The position numbers and the translations under genes were made by a program. Shown piece by piece: positions 29,582 to 39,478 of a stretch of DNA of 64,000 nt. Source of the DNA: a virus (taxonomy: Duplodnaviria; Caudoviricetes); IMG/VR virus record IMGVR_UViG_3300025154_000056, positions 32,001 to 96,000 of that record; one strand, 5' to 3'. Positions within the stretch are counted from its first letter, which is position 1; every line of letters begins with the position of its first letter. The notes beneath the pieces are model-generated. The model did no database searches, was not told the origin of the DNA, and saw only the letters and a program-made list of their open reading frames with translations.

Positions 29582-32067
29582 TGGCTGGCGGCTATGGTGG
29601 CGGTGGGTGGGGAGTGCTCCCTTGGGGCGCTCCTATAGTCCTCACGTTCAATTTGACTGGTGCTTCTGCGGGTACTGTGACCCAAGTAGACTTGACGTTC
29701 GATGCTATGGTCATGCCAGACCTCACTGCGCTGAGCCCTGGTTCTTACGCCATAAATAAGAGCATCGTAGTTCTAGGTGTAGTGTTCGTTGGGCCTAATG
29801 TAGTGAGGCTGTACACGTCTCCTATGACGAGTGGTGTGGAGTACACAGCCACGGTATCTATGACTGTCCAGAGCCTGTTGGGTGGTGCTCTGATCATCAA
29901 TGAGTCCAACTTTATTGCACCAGCCACCACGGCTGCGTACACGGTCAGTGACCTGGCGGGCTCATCTCTGTGTCAGGGCAATTCAACCAGACTCAATTGG
30001 ACAAACCCATCTGGCGCAACATGGAACAAGATCGTCCGCAGGGTCAGGGCATGGCCCTTTGATTTGACGGACGACCACGTTGTTGTTTACAGCGGCTTGC
30101 CCATAGAGGAGTTTATTGATACAGGTGTAATGCATCCAGTGACTCATCTAGCTGCTGACGCCACAGTTGGGGCCACAGCGATCACCGTTGTGGACGATTC
30201 GGACATCGCTCCAGGTATGCTACTGAAGCTGGAACAGTTCACAGAGCTGAGGCAGACCGAGATAGTGACTGTGGGCTCGCTAGGTGGTGGGGGCGTGGTA
30301 AACCTCACGACTGCTCTTCAGCACAGCTGGGTCACCGGAGATAGGGCTGCACAGAAGTCCCTGCTCACCGACACTACGTACTACTATTACCTAGTATTGG
30401 TTTCGGACTTGCCCCCACCAGTCTCTGATGACACGTACTACATCACGGAGGATACCCGGACGTACGCTTTGAGTATTGCCACGTTTGATTCGTTGCAGTG
30501 GCTCAGGGATCACGCCCCAGGTAACTACCTAGACGATGACGCGCTGCCAACCGAAGAGGGTGGTGGGGATGGCTTCCTAGGAGATTGGCTGGAGATCTAC
30601 GCGTGTTGGTTGAACCTCATTCGTGGAGAGAATCTCGCCCTGCTCACTATGGCGGACGACAATAACGCGCCCTATCATATGCTTGAACCCAAGTCGTTGT
30701 CCTTAGGTCACGTTCCTGAGGGCGATAGCTATGACTTCGACATTATGAGGCGCTCTATTCTAGCGCTGACTTATGTGTATCAGCGTCGAGGCACATGCCC
30801 AGGTTCCATTGTAGCTTTGCGCATGCTTACGAAGTGGGACTCGTCTTGCCTCAGTCTTGGGTACAGCGAATGCCACACAGGGCCCTCTACCCTGCAGACT
30901 TGGGACGATATATCTGAAGTGGAATACGGCACAGGCCCGCAGTCGGGCCCTAACATCGCACAGAGTACTCCAGATAACACGTTTCAAGACACGACCAAGA
31001 CATGGGATGATTCGCTGTGGTTGAACGGCGAGCTGTACTCAAACCTAGGCTTTATTTCCTGCGTCGATGATAACGTAAACAACGTTGTTCAATTGAGGGA
31101 TAGACCGCAGGAAGCTACCACCACTACTGTGCTGGCTATTGGTAACAATGTGGTGCAGGTGAGCGACCTATCCATATTCCAGGTTGGTATGTTCATTCAG
31201 CTGACTCTAGCGGATGGTTCGGCTGCAGAGGTGCATCAAATCAATTCTATTGTCCTACCGGACCAGCTACTGTTCGAAGAGAATGCAACGGTCGGTATGC
31301 CCATAGGATCTGTGGTGTCTGTGGCAATCAGTAACCACGAATATGAGCGACTCCTTCCTGGTGTCGGGGCGGGCAACGTTATTTCCAACGTAGCTTGGGA
31401 CTTCGTACCTAATCAATGGGTTGGGTTCCAGGTCATGGACATGAACGACGTCGAGCACTCTGTCGTGTCGAATGACGAGACCTCTATTACAGTGGACGGC
31501 GCAGCTCTACCGATCGGTGCTACTACGGTGTCTATGGCGTACGACTTCAATGGAGCCACTTGGGTAGCTCGTGATCCCATCATCCGGTACAGACTTAGCA
31601 CTGGGGGCTCGTCTACTCTGTTTGATCCCATGATGGATTACACCCTACGAGGAACTAAATACGATCCGTTCGATTATCTGTACGTGGGCCCAGGTATCAA
31701 TCTGCTAGGTTCTTGGGGCCCTGCAGATGTTGGGTTCTACGTCGAAGGTGACATCCCTGAGCACATTGGCAGGGCGCAAAGCGCAGTAGGTAATGTATTC
31801 ACACTAGACCCCAGCAGGCCCGCACCAGCTGTAAATGAATACGTTGGGATGTTCCTGAACCCGAACCAAAACCAAGACAACCTATTCGAGGTAGTGGCGA
31901 ATGATGCTACAACCGTAACAGTTGCTGGTGATTGCAGCCCACTGGTAGTAGCTGGGCAGTACTACTTCATTCTCAAGGTGCGGGACGCGCGTAGGTACCA
32001 GCGGCTAGCTGCACGTATGCCCGAGTTCATGGATGGGGACGCAGTCCCCCATATCTTGTTCGTCTAG
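29581..32067 (+). CDS. Baseplate wedge/tail protein (P2 gpI-like core) with multiple accessory beta domains
   Basis: RR.I......YQRRGT..I...L..LT.W core; follows gpJ. Confidence 0.7.
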   Translation: MAGGYGGGGWGVLPWGAPIVLTFNLTGASAGTVTQVDLTFDAMVMPDLTALSPGSYAINKSIVVLGVVFVGPNVVRLYTSPMTSGVEYTATVSMTVQSLLGGALIINESNFIAPATTAAYTVSDLAGSSLCQGNSTRLNWTNPSGATWNKIVRRVRAWPFDLTDDHVVVYSGLPIEEFIDTGVMHPVTHLAADATVGATAITVVDDSDIAPGMLLKLEQFTELRQTEIVTVGSLGGGGVVNLTTALQHSWVTGDRAAQKSLLTDTTYYYYLVLVSDLPPPVSDDTYYITEDTRTYALSIATFDSLQWLRDHAPGNYLDDDALPTEEGGGDGFLGDWLEIYACWLNLIRGENLALLTMADDNNAPYHMLEPKSLSLGHVPEGDSYDFDIMRRSILALTYVYQRRGTCPGSIVALRMLTKWDSSCLSLGYSECHTGPSTLQTWDDISEVEYGTGPQSGPNIAQSTPDNTFQDTTKTWDDSLWLNGELYSNLGFISCVDDNVNNVVQLRDRPQEATTTTVLAIGNNVVQVSDLSIFQVGMFIQLTLADGSAAEVHQINSIVLPDQLLFEENATVGMPIGSVVSVAISNHEYERLLPGVGAGNVISNVAWDFVPNQWVGFQVMDMNDVEHSVVSNDETSITVDGAALPIGATTVSMAYDFNGATWVARDPIIRYRLSTGGSSTLFDPMMDYTLRGTKYDPFDYLYVGPGINLLGSWGPADVGFYVEGDIPEHIGRAQSAVGNVFTLDPSRPAPAVNEYVGMFLNPNQNQDNLFEVVANDATTVTVAGDCSPLVVAGQYYFILKVRDARRYQRLAARMPEFMDGDAVPHILFV

Positions 32068-32078
32068 GAGAGAGTCAA

Positions 32079-35000
32079 ATGTGCGCGGACATTATCAAGG
32101 ATAGTTTTTCGGAAGCCCAACAGCACACCGATGTGATCTTTCAGAAGGGGCGCTTCGTCATTGACTTCGAGCTGAATGAGCCGCAAATCATTCAAAAGGT
32201 GGCAACACAGCGCTCCTTGTGGGGTTTGATCCACCATGCTGAGAGGCTGAGCGGGGTCGATGACTACCAGGTTCTGGCAGCTGAGGACGGCTGGCTGGTT
32301 GTCGGTACTGCTGCGGATGATCAGGTCAGTATCACAGGCGGCACCGCTACAAAACCAAAGTTCCTATTCCTAGATGGCATGCCCATTCCCATTTTTGCGT
32401 CTACTACTCTTGCCTGTCCTGCTGCTCCCGGTGCTGGTAGTAGGGAAGATATTGTGTACGCGGAGATCTACGAGCAGGAGATCACTGACCCCAACCTAGT
32501 GATGAAGCTCGGAGAGACAACGAAGCGACATCGATTGGTGGTGCAGCTTGCTGTGTCTATCATCGGCTCCATCCCTGCGAATGGGGATGGTATGATTTGG
32601 ACTGGGGCGCACCGTTACTACGAGATTGCTCGTATCACTAGGTACGCTGGGCAAGCTGCTATCAACCCCAATGACGTGGTGGACTCCAGACGCAAGGCCC
32701 CCGGTACGTTGCTGGCGCAGCTGACCAAGCAAAGCAACCACGTGACATTTGGTAATTACCTGGTGACCAATAAAATCGCCACACCTGATGGCACGTACAA
32801 GGCTGAGTCGGCTACGATGACGATTCACCTTGATGAGGCTGGTACATACACAGGAGTCATCGATAGATCTCTGGTGCTACAGTCTGGGGTCCTTCCGTAC
32901 AAGCGGATCCTCAAGGCGACAGAGACGGCTGTCCCCAACCCGGACGATGCTCCTAGCTTCGTCGAGGCAGGGCAAGGGGCTGCATTCTCTGGTGACTCGA
33001 TCTCGAACGAGCCACTGCGTCTCACAGACAAAAATTACCGTGGGGGTCAGGTCGCTGGTGCGAAGCGCTACGTGGAGCTGTCGTCGAGTGTTGGCGCAAA
33101 CGGAGACCAAACCACCAGACTCAACGATATACCGATCACTGCTGGATTTGAACAGCCGCTATTGAGGCTGCTCAATTCTCAGGAGAAGATTGTACTAGGC
33201 GACGGGATGTTTACATTCGGCCATTTCAATGGGGCCACTGCTCTGCAAGACGCTCTAGACTGGTTGGTGGCTGAGGGTACGTTTCGCACCAGCTGGCATA
33301 TCTATTTGAAGGCTGGGATTTACACCCTAGCCAGCGCTGTGACTGTACCGGTAGGCGTGTCTCTGATTCTGGAGGGGCCCGCGTCTCCTACGGGGCTCAC
33401 TAGTGCTATTGTCACCTGTGAGGATTCTATTACGCTGTCTGACGGTTGTGGATTCACAGCAGTGTACGTGAGCTTCTACAACGACCCGGCGAATTCTACG
33501 CACTGCGTGGTAGGGTCTAGTAACAATAGAGTAAATCTAACTGGGTGCAAGTTTGACAATGCTCCAGTGAAGCTGACTATCCCTAGTCTGTTCACTGCAG
33601 AGAATTGCTGGCTTCAAGGTCAAGGTGCGGGTAATCCTGACTACCTAGTGCACTTTGATCTAGACCCAGATGGTAGTGACGCGGATGTGCTTGAAGCGTA
33701 CAAATTCAATAACTGCTTCTTCTACGGAACAGCTGTGGGTGTTGCTGCTGTAGGTGCAGTAGTTCCAGCAGGAGTAGGGGCGGGGCTTACCGTTACTCTC
33801 AAGGGTATTGAGTTTTACGGTTGTACGTACATTCAGGCCGCAGCCTCTGCTTCTGCTCTTGTCGGCGGCAACCGCGCACATTACGGATTCGCGCACGTGA
33901 GTCCTGGCACTAGTGGGTGCGCAGTTACGATTGGTAAGTACAAGTTTGTTGATTGTGACGTGATTGTGGGCGCACCAGGGGCTGGCAATGGAACAGCTCT
34001 GTTTTTCTTCAGAGGGTTGTGGTCTGGGCCTTCGACGGTGTCTGTGGGTGAGATGCACATAGTCAGAAGCAAGTTCGTGGCTGACTATGGCGCATGGCCC
34101 GTGTCTCCTGTGTACCTAGGGAACGGTACCAAAGCAACTGACGACTCGCTTACTGGGTACGTAAACGAGCTGTACATTTCTGATTCTGAGTTCTCGTATA
34201 GCTACGACACACCAGCGGGAGCAGTCGTGCACAGCACAGGCGGGGCCCCTGAGACATTCTATGCTTCTCCGTACGGTGCGGAAGAGTGGTTCTCTTGTGT
34301 GTTCTGTGCAGAGAACATACATATCAGAGACACTCTATTCAACAACTGGTTGTACAGAGGGGGAGTTGGTGTTGTTTGGGTGCGCAGCAACGGCTTGTAT
34401 TGGTCTGGCAGCACCGTGAAGATGAACAGATTGTCTTGGAGAGATTCTGGTACGTATGACGGACCCCACAACCTAGTCAGGGTAGACGCGAAGTCTGACA
34501 CTTCCGGGCTTACTCCTGAGAGGCGAAGGATAGTCATTGGTCTGTCGCTGGTAGGGTACGAGAGCTTCTCTCATTGGGTGGACAACCCCGCTGCGGACGC
34601 TGACGTAGCGTGTCAAATAGGCACACTAGGTTTGGTGCCTGGCGGTGATTTGGTGGTTGAGAACTGCTCGGTCAGTGGGTTTTCTGAGGTAGGTACATAT
34701 CCATGCATTTGTAATAGGGTGGCAAAGACACCAGTATCATCCACGGAAAACAATGGTCTGACGGTTCGTGGATGCAGAGTGAAGTATGGCAACGACAGCA
34801 GTATCGGCTTCTCTGCTGGGTCAGCAGCAGCCACCAGTAGCCTCAGCATGAATGGACTCTCAGTAGTGAACTGTGAGTTTAGCGATATGGGTATTGGTAT
34901 CAGCATATCGTCCACGCTGTGGACTACTATGAATGACCTTGTTGTTACTGGAAACACGACCAGAAGCCCGACAGGAATTCAAATAAGCGCGGCGAACGCC

Positions 35001-35375
35001 AGCGTCTCTAAGGCGAACATCAGCCATAACTCGGTGTACGCTGACGACAATGGGATGCTCCTTGGTTTGTATTCTGGAGACACTGTGATAATCACAGACA
35101 ACCACGTCGTGTGCGACGGTGCGTATGGGATCGAGTTCACAAGTAATACCGAGCCGTCAGGTATATTCCGTGGCAACACAGTGACCAAATCTAATGGTGA
35201 TATTTGGAAGGTGCACTTCAATTGGCTGATGCCAGGTAGTGTTTTTGCTAGGCTCCTTAGGGATACGTACGCAGGGGTGGAGGCCCCTGGGGCTGGGGGT
35301 TCAGTGGAGTACATATATACTGCGGGCTTGTTTATGGTCCATAACTACGCTGTAATAAGCAATTTGGTGGCATAA
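32079..35375 (+). CDS. Tail fibre/spike with DUF6519-like N-terminus and right-handed beta-helix repeats
   Basis: VIFQKGR..IDFELNE; ALQDALD...IYLKAGIY; repeated NCxF, VTGN, ISHN, ITDN strands. Confidence 0.8.
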   Translation: MCADIIKDSFSEAQQHTDVIFQKGRFVIDFELNEPQIIQKVATQRSLWGLIHHAERLSGVDDYQVLAAEDGWLVVGTAADDQVSITGGTATKPKFLFLDGMPIPIFASTTLACPAAPGAGSREDIVYAEIYEQEITDPNLVMKLGETTKRHRLVVQLAVSIIGSIPANGDGMIWTGAHRYYEIARITRYAGQAAINPNDVVDSRRKAPGTLLAQLTKQSNHVTFGNYLVTNKIATPDGTYKAESATMTIHLDEAGTYTGVIDRSLVLQSGVLPYKRILKATETAVPNPDDAPSFVEAGQGAAFSGDSISNEPLRLTDKNYRGGQVAGAKRYVELSSSVGANGDQTTRLNDIPITAGFEQPLLRLLNSQEKIVLGDGMFTFGHFNGATALQDALDWLVAEGTFRTSWHIYLKAGIYTLASAVTVPVGVSLILEGPASPTGLTSAIVTCEDSITLSDGCGFTAVYVSFYNDPANSTHCVVGSSNNRVNLTGCKFDNAPVKLTIPSLFTAENCWLQGQGAGNPDYLVHFDLDPDGSDADVLEAYKFNNCFFYGTAVGVAAVGAVVPAGVGAGLTVTLKGIEFYGCTYIQAAASASALVGGNRAHYGFAHVSPGTSGCAVTIGKYKFVDCDVIVGAPGAGNGTALFFFRGLWSGPSTVSVGEMHIVRSKFVADYGAWPVSPVYLGNGTKATDDSLTGYVNELYISDSEFSYSYDTPAGAVVHSTGGAPETFYASPYGAEEWFSCVFCAENIHIRDTLFNNWLYRGGVGVVWVRSNGLYWSGSTVKMNRLSWRDSGTYDGPHNLVRVDAKSDTSGLTPERRRIVIGLSLVGYESFSHWVDNPAADADVACQIGTLGLVPGGDLVVENCSVSGFSEVGTYPCICNRVAKTPVSSTENNGLTVRGCRVKYGNDSSIGFSAGSAAATSSLSMNGLSVVNCEFSDMGIGISISSTLWTTMNDLVVTGNTTRSPTGIQISAANASVSKANISHNSVYADDNGMLLGLYSGDTVIITDNHVVCDGAYGIEFTSNTEPSGIFRGNTVTKSNGDIWKVHFNWLMPGSVFARLLRDTYAGVEAPGAGGSVEYIYTAGLFMVHNYAVISNLVA

Positions 35376-35977
35376 TGAGTATGGTCCTATTCGATGTTCG
35401 AGACCCCGTAGCTGCACCAGTCCATGATGCGTGGGTGACTGTGTACTCAGGGGATACCCCTGTGGCGCAGGCGAAGACGGGGGTTGGTGGTACAGTGTCC
35501 CTGCGCCTCGAAACTGGGGCGTATACGGTCCTGTACTCGAAGCCTGGCTGGTCCTTCAGCGAGGACGCCGTCACCGTTGTTGAGCCCTCCACAACGGCGC
35601 CAGTACAGACCGGGATGCAACTAGTACCAGACGTCGCTGGGTATGCCCCAGATAAGGTGCGTGTTTACGGGCGGGTTGATGCAGCAGACCACCCCTCTCT
35701 CATGGTCCTGGTCCATGTCGAGGTCTACGCTGCACCCAATACATTCTCCCAAACACCAGCAAGTGTTGGCATCATCCAACGGAAGATTACCATACCTGCT
35801 GATTTGAACACTGGGTATTTCGAGTTCGATGTTCCACGTGGGACGCGAGTGATTGTGAAGATACCTATAACCAATTACAAGAAGTCGTTTAGAGTACCTA
35901 GTTTGACTTCAGTAACCACCATTGCTATTGAGGACGTACGAAACGTTCCTGATGGAGAAGAATTCATATGGACCTAG
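35375..35977 (+). CDS. Ig/carboxypeptidase-regulatory-like domain protein (fibre associated)
   Basis: PV.DA.VTVY...T...G.....L..G.YTV..SKPG. Confidence 0.6.
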   Translation: MSMVLFDVRDPVAAPVHDAWVTVYSGDTPVAQAKTGVGGTVSLRLETGAYTVLYSKPGWSFSEDAVTVVEPSTTAPVQTGMQLVPDVAGYAPDKVRVYGRVDAADHPSLMVLVHVEVYAAPNTFSQTPASVGIIQRKITIPADLNTGYFEFDVPRGTRVIVKIPITNYKKSFRVPSLTSVTTIAIEDVRNVPDGEEFIWT

Positions 35978-35985
35978 GAGAAAAC

Positions 35986-36216
35986 ATGAGAACACGTATT
36001 GGTTGGCTTCTGTTCTGTGCGATGGCTTGCTTGCTTGGCTGCTCGGCGGCTCAGTACGCGTGCCCCGTAATTGACCTTGCTGACAAGACATGTGAGAATG
36101 TGATCATCAAGTACGATGACGTTGATGGAGGCGAGGGCGCCTCGAAGGTGGTGAAGAAGGAGGACCTCATCGAGGCTCTCCATAACATGGAGCAAGATTC
36201 GGGCACCTCGGAGTAG
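35986..36216 (+). CDS. Small lipoprotein (possible spanin component)
   Basis: AGGAG RBS; basic N-terminus, hydrophobic core, lipobox LLGC. Confidence 0.65.
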   Translation: MRTRIGWLLFCAMACLLGCSAAQYACPVIDLADKTCENVIIKYDDVDGGEGASKVVKKEDLIEALHNMEQDSGTSE

Positions 36217-36220
36217 CTCG

Positions 36221-36601
36221 ATGGCGGATGACCAACGCACATGCAGGTACTGCGGAAAGCTAGCCACACACAGTTCCGTAGTACCACTCAAATTCTGGGT
36301 GAGCAAAGAGCCCGGCAAGAGGGGTAAGTACACAAATATAGGTGTTCAATACTGCTGCACTAAATGCAACTTCTCTGGCAGTTGGATGCCCCTAAAGGAA
36401 AAGAAGCATGTCAGATTCAGAATCAAAGCTGGAAGAAGTAGTGGCGTCAACGGAGGGATCCACTTCCGTTATCCTCCTGCAAAAAGAACAGGTGCAAAAC
36501 GTCGTAATTCGGCTGCTACAGAGCCGCAAGTTTATCGTTTTGCTCTTGTTGTGCCTCACAGGCGGGGTGCTCGTAGGCATGGGCAAGGTGTCGTGGCCTG
36601 A
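36221..36601 (+). CDS. Zn-ribbon hypothetical protein; tail overlaps the holin
   Basis: CRYC and CTKC pairs; GGAG RBS. Confidence 0.5.
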   Translation: MADDQRTCRYCGKLATHSSVVPLKFWVSKEPGKRGKYTNIGVQYCCTKCNFSGSWMPLKEKKHVRFRIKAGRSSGVNGGIHFRYPPAKRTGAKRRNSAATEPQVYRFALVVPHRRGARRHGQGVVA

Positions 36602-36686
36602 GTTCTTGGACGCGCTCAAGTGGATTGGTGGCACGTTCATCGCCTCGGTTGCGCTTGAAGATACAGCCCGTTTGCGTTCTGTTTGA
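36408..36686 (+). CDS. Putative holin (two transmembrane segments)
   Basis: SRKF followed by hydrophobic helix, second helix, terminal ED; end of the late operon. Confidence 0.7.
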   Translation: MSDSESKLEEVVASTEGSTSVILLQKEQVQNVVIRLLQSRKFIVLLLLCLTGGVLVGMGKVSWPEFLDALKWIGGTFIASVALEDTARLRSV

Positions 36687-36712
36687 CAACTTCCTACGAC
36701 CTGGCGTACACT
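36683..36712 (+). promoter_or_regulatory. Sigma70-like promoter
   Basis: TTGACA-18-TACACT. Confidence 0.55.
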
Positions 36713-36817
36713 CTACTTCGTTGTTAGTTGGGTCGCGGAGAAGTCGGCATCTTCGCCTCCACCTAACCCTCTCCTCCCTTCTCTGTTGTTGGTCGTGTGT
36801 GGTTGGTCATCCCGTTA

Positions 36818-36862
36818 GAAAACCCCTAGGGCACGCTGTGGCTCTAGGGGTTTTCGCTATTT
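36818..36862 (+). terminator. Strong hairpin, probable (possibly bidirectional) terminator
   Basis: GAAAACCCCTAG...CTAGGGGTTTTC perfect 12-bp stem. Confidence 0.7.
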
Positions 36863-36871
36863 GAGCCTCGC

Positions 36872-36921
36872 TTGACACCCAACTCGGACGGACTTACTCT
36901 AGACCGACCGGTCCGAGTTGG
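36872..36921 (+). promoter_or_regulatory. Sigma70-like promoter of the replication operon overlapped by an 11-bp inverted repeat
   Basis: TTGACA-17-TACTCT; CCAACTCGGAC (36879-36889) / GTCCGAGTTGG (36911-36921). Confidence 0.7.
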
Positions 36922-36934
36922 AGGCGGACGACCA

Positions 36935-38299
36935 ATGAAATTCAGGCTACTCAAAAAGCGCAGACGTAACCCTGCGTACTTCATCAGGAAAACGCGAGAG
37001 GCAGACGCCCTCGTCGCAGAGAAGCTGGTGTTCACGGACCCCATGTACTTTGCGAAGATGAATCGTGGGTTGCCTATTGGTGACGAAGACGGTGTGATCA
37101 AGCTGTACCGCGAGGAGGAAGGTCTGTACGTAATTCCTCGCAATCTATACGCAGACACCAACTGGTATCAGCCCACAGGTATGTCTCACGAGAGCAAGAT
37201 TACCTTACGCGACTACCAACAGAAGGCATCAGAGAGCCTCATGGCTAACCGAGGAGATAAGATCCTGTGTTTGGCATGCGGTAAAGGCAAAACAGTCGTT
37301 GCTATTGATGCAGCTTGCCGTGGTGCTCGGCTACCTATGCTGGTGGTAGTGCACACCAAAGCTCTGTTGTCACAGTGGGTCGAGCGCATCAAGGAACATG
37401 CTGGTGTCTCTGAAGATGACATAGGTATGCTCCACAGAGATAGAGCTGATTGGTATGGGAAGAAGTTCGTGGTGGCTATGTTGCACACGCTGGTTCAGCG
37501 TCAAGACACATACCCAACTGAGCTGTATGACTATTTCAACTTGGTTGTATTTGACGAATGTCACAGATTAGCAGCCCACTGGTTTTCTGATGTGTGCTGG
37601 CAGTTTGGGTGCGAGCGTTGGGGACTCACCGCTACTCCAGAGAGAGATGATAAGCTTGAATTTGTGTTCAAGTATCATCTAGGACCTATCTGCCACACAG
37701 ACACGGTTCAGGATCTGCGACCTACGATGTACTTCGTGCACACAGGCATAGACGACAAGGACGAGCGCGTGGTCCTACGTAAGCAGAGAGATGGTAGAGT
37801 ATCTCTTCCGCTACTGGTGACTTCTCTAGCTAACCACAGTGGTCGCAACGCAATCATCAACTCGTTTGTGCGTCGAGCCATCAACAAAGACAGAACTGCT
37901 TTAGTGTTGGGCGAACGGGTAGCAAGCCTCCAGTACTTGATGGGCACCCTGCAGCACGAATCAAAGTCGTTGTTCTTGGGTGGTATGAAGGAGGCAGAAG
38001 CATCAGAAGCCCTGAAGGCGCAAGTGGTGTACGCGACGCAGCAGATGGCTAAGGAAGGGCTCGACAGGCCCGCATTCGACACGCTCATTATCGCGCACCC
38101 ATTCACAGGCAAGGGTAGGCTGAAGCAGACTGGCGGGCGCATCCTCAGGTCCAGAGAAGGCAAACAACACCCAGTCATTTTGGTACTGCAGGATGACCTA
38201 GGAGTCAGTAAGGCCATGTGCAGCATCATGCGTCGGCACGCAGAGTCGTTCAGGTGGAGAGTCAAGCACGTGGACTCGAACGGTAAGAGGGTTCGATGA
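36935..38299 (+). CDS. Superfamily 2 DEAD/DEAH-box helicase
   Basis: LRDYQ, ACGKGKT, DECH, LTATPER, EGLD, QTGGRILR; GGAGG RBS before ATG 36935. Confidence 0.93.
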   Translation: MKFRLLKKRRRNPAYFIRKTREADALVAEKLVFTDPMYFAKMNRGLPIGDEDGVIKLYREEEGLYVIPRNLYADTNWYQPTGMSHESKITLRDYQQKASESLMANRGDKILCLACGKGKTVVAIDAACRGARLPMLVVVHTKALLSQWVERIKEHAGVSEDDIGMLHRDRADWYGKKFVVAMLHTLVQRQDTYPTELYDYFNLVVFDECHRLAAHWFSDVCWQFGCERWGLTATPERDDKLEFVFKYHLGPICHTDTVQDLRPTMYFVHTGIDDKDERVVLRKQRDGRVSLPLLVTSLANHSGRNAIINSFVRRAINKDRTALVLGERVASLQYLMGTLQHESKSLFLGGMKEAEASEALKAQVVYATQQMAKEGLDRPAFDTLIIAHPFTGKGRLKQTGGRILRSREGKQHPVILVLQDDLGVSKAMCSIMRRHAESFRWRVKHVDSNGKRVR

Positions 38300-38718
38300 T
38301 CAAGTTCAAGAAGAAGATTAGGGATGTTGAGGGTTACGACCCTAAGAAGCGCACGAAGCCGGTCATGCATACCGTGGAGAGATCCGGTAGAGTGTTCCAG
38401 ATCGGGAATGAAGACATTGAATTGTTCCCGATAGGTGTGCTGGCTGAGGCGTTGGATCGTAGTGCTCACACAATCAAGCTTCTGGAATTGAAGGGCGAGT
38501 TTCCTAAGCCCATGTTCCGTGTGGCTGGCTCTAGGACCAAGCGTTGGTATTCAGCAGCTCAGGTTATCAACCTGCATCGTTTGATGTACCTCAAGAATGG
38601 CGGCAGGAAGTACTTCCAAGATAGAGAGCTGTATGAACTCTGGACTAAAGAAGTGAAAGAGTTGTTCTACAAAAGAACTGTGGTGATTGACGAACAAGGC
38701 AACAGAACGGAGGGCTAA
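38296..38718 (+). CDS. MerR-like helix-turn-helix DNA-binding protein
   Basis: IGVLAEALDRSAHTIKLLE..G.FP.P.......RWYS. Confidence 0.7.
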   Translation: MIKFKKKIRDVEGYDPKKRTKPVMHTVERSGRVFQIGNEDIELFPIGVLAEALDRSAHTIKLLELKGEFPKPMFRVAGSRTKRWYSAAQVINLHRLMYLKNGGRKYFQDRELYELWTKEVKELFYKRTVVIDEQGNRTEG

Positions 38719-39038
38719 TGCGGACACTGATATTCGCGTACACACTCAGGATCGCTGACCAGCGTCTGAAGTACGATGTAGTCCCAGGAATTCCAGGTGT
38801 GGAAGACATGACCGTGATGGACCTTACGCTGTGGTTTCAACGGGTTGTGCCACGCCTCAAGGAAAGTATTCCCAAGGCAGTTGTTGGGGTAGACTCTAAC
38901 GACATGAATCTGGTGGAGACTCGATTCGTCGAGTCAGTCAGTCAGACAATTGATAAGTCCTTCTCTCCGGCTCGTGTAGTGGTTATGCGAGCAGAGGCTG
39001 TGGCGAACATGATCAACAACGGAGTTACTGACCCATGA
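38718..39038 (+). CDS. Hypothetical protein
   Basis: GGAGG RBS; coupled on both sides. Confidence 0.6.
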   Translation: MRTLIFAYTLRIADQRLKYDVVPGIPGVEDMTVMDLTLWFQRVVPRLKESIPKAVVGVDSNDMNLVETRFVESVSQTIDKSFSPARVVVMRAEAVANMINNGVTDP

Positions 39039-39478
39039 CACACTCATTCAAGTCCAGCATTATGCAGCAGCTCGGTCGTGCCCGACCCATTCTCCGAAAT
39101 GACCCAGTGACAATGGGAGACCTCGACGACCTGTCCCTTGTGATTGAGGAAGTCTACACCAAGAACTTTACTGTGGTGGAGAACACGTTGAACAAGTTCC
39201 ACGAGGGAATCCTGCGGATGGAGCGTACCACCAATGGTATGTGGAATACGATGAATGTCATTGTGTCCCTCATGCTGGATAACGATCAAATCAAAGAGAA
39301 TGAAATCGTCAACAAGGGTAAGCAGCTGTATGTGGAGGCGAGGGAGAACTTCGACAAGTTGCGAGAGGCGACACGGAAGGGGGTCAAGCCTCCGCCCCTC
39401 AAGCGTACCGCTCTTGAGGCCATCATCGCTACCATCTCCGAAGTGAACAAGGGAGAGTCCGAAGGGAAGCCATCATGA
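39035..39478 (+). CDS. Hypothetical helical protein
   Basis: ATGA overlaps; GGAG RBS. Confidence 0.6.
   Translation: MTHSFKSSIMQQLGRARPILRNDPVTMGDLDDLSLVIEEVYTKNFTVVENTLNKFHEGILRMERTTNGMWNTMNVIVSLMLDNDQIKENEIVNKGKQLYVEARENFDKLREATRKGVKPPPLKRTALEAIIATISEVNKGESEGKPS

Noticed and set aside
15425-32067. Extracellular contractile injection system/tailocin
   Set aside because: Portal, scaffold, capsid and a full replication module are adjacent, so this is a phage tail.
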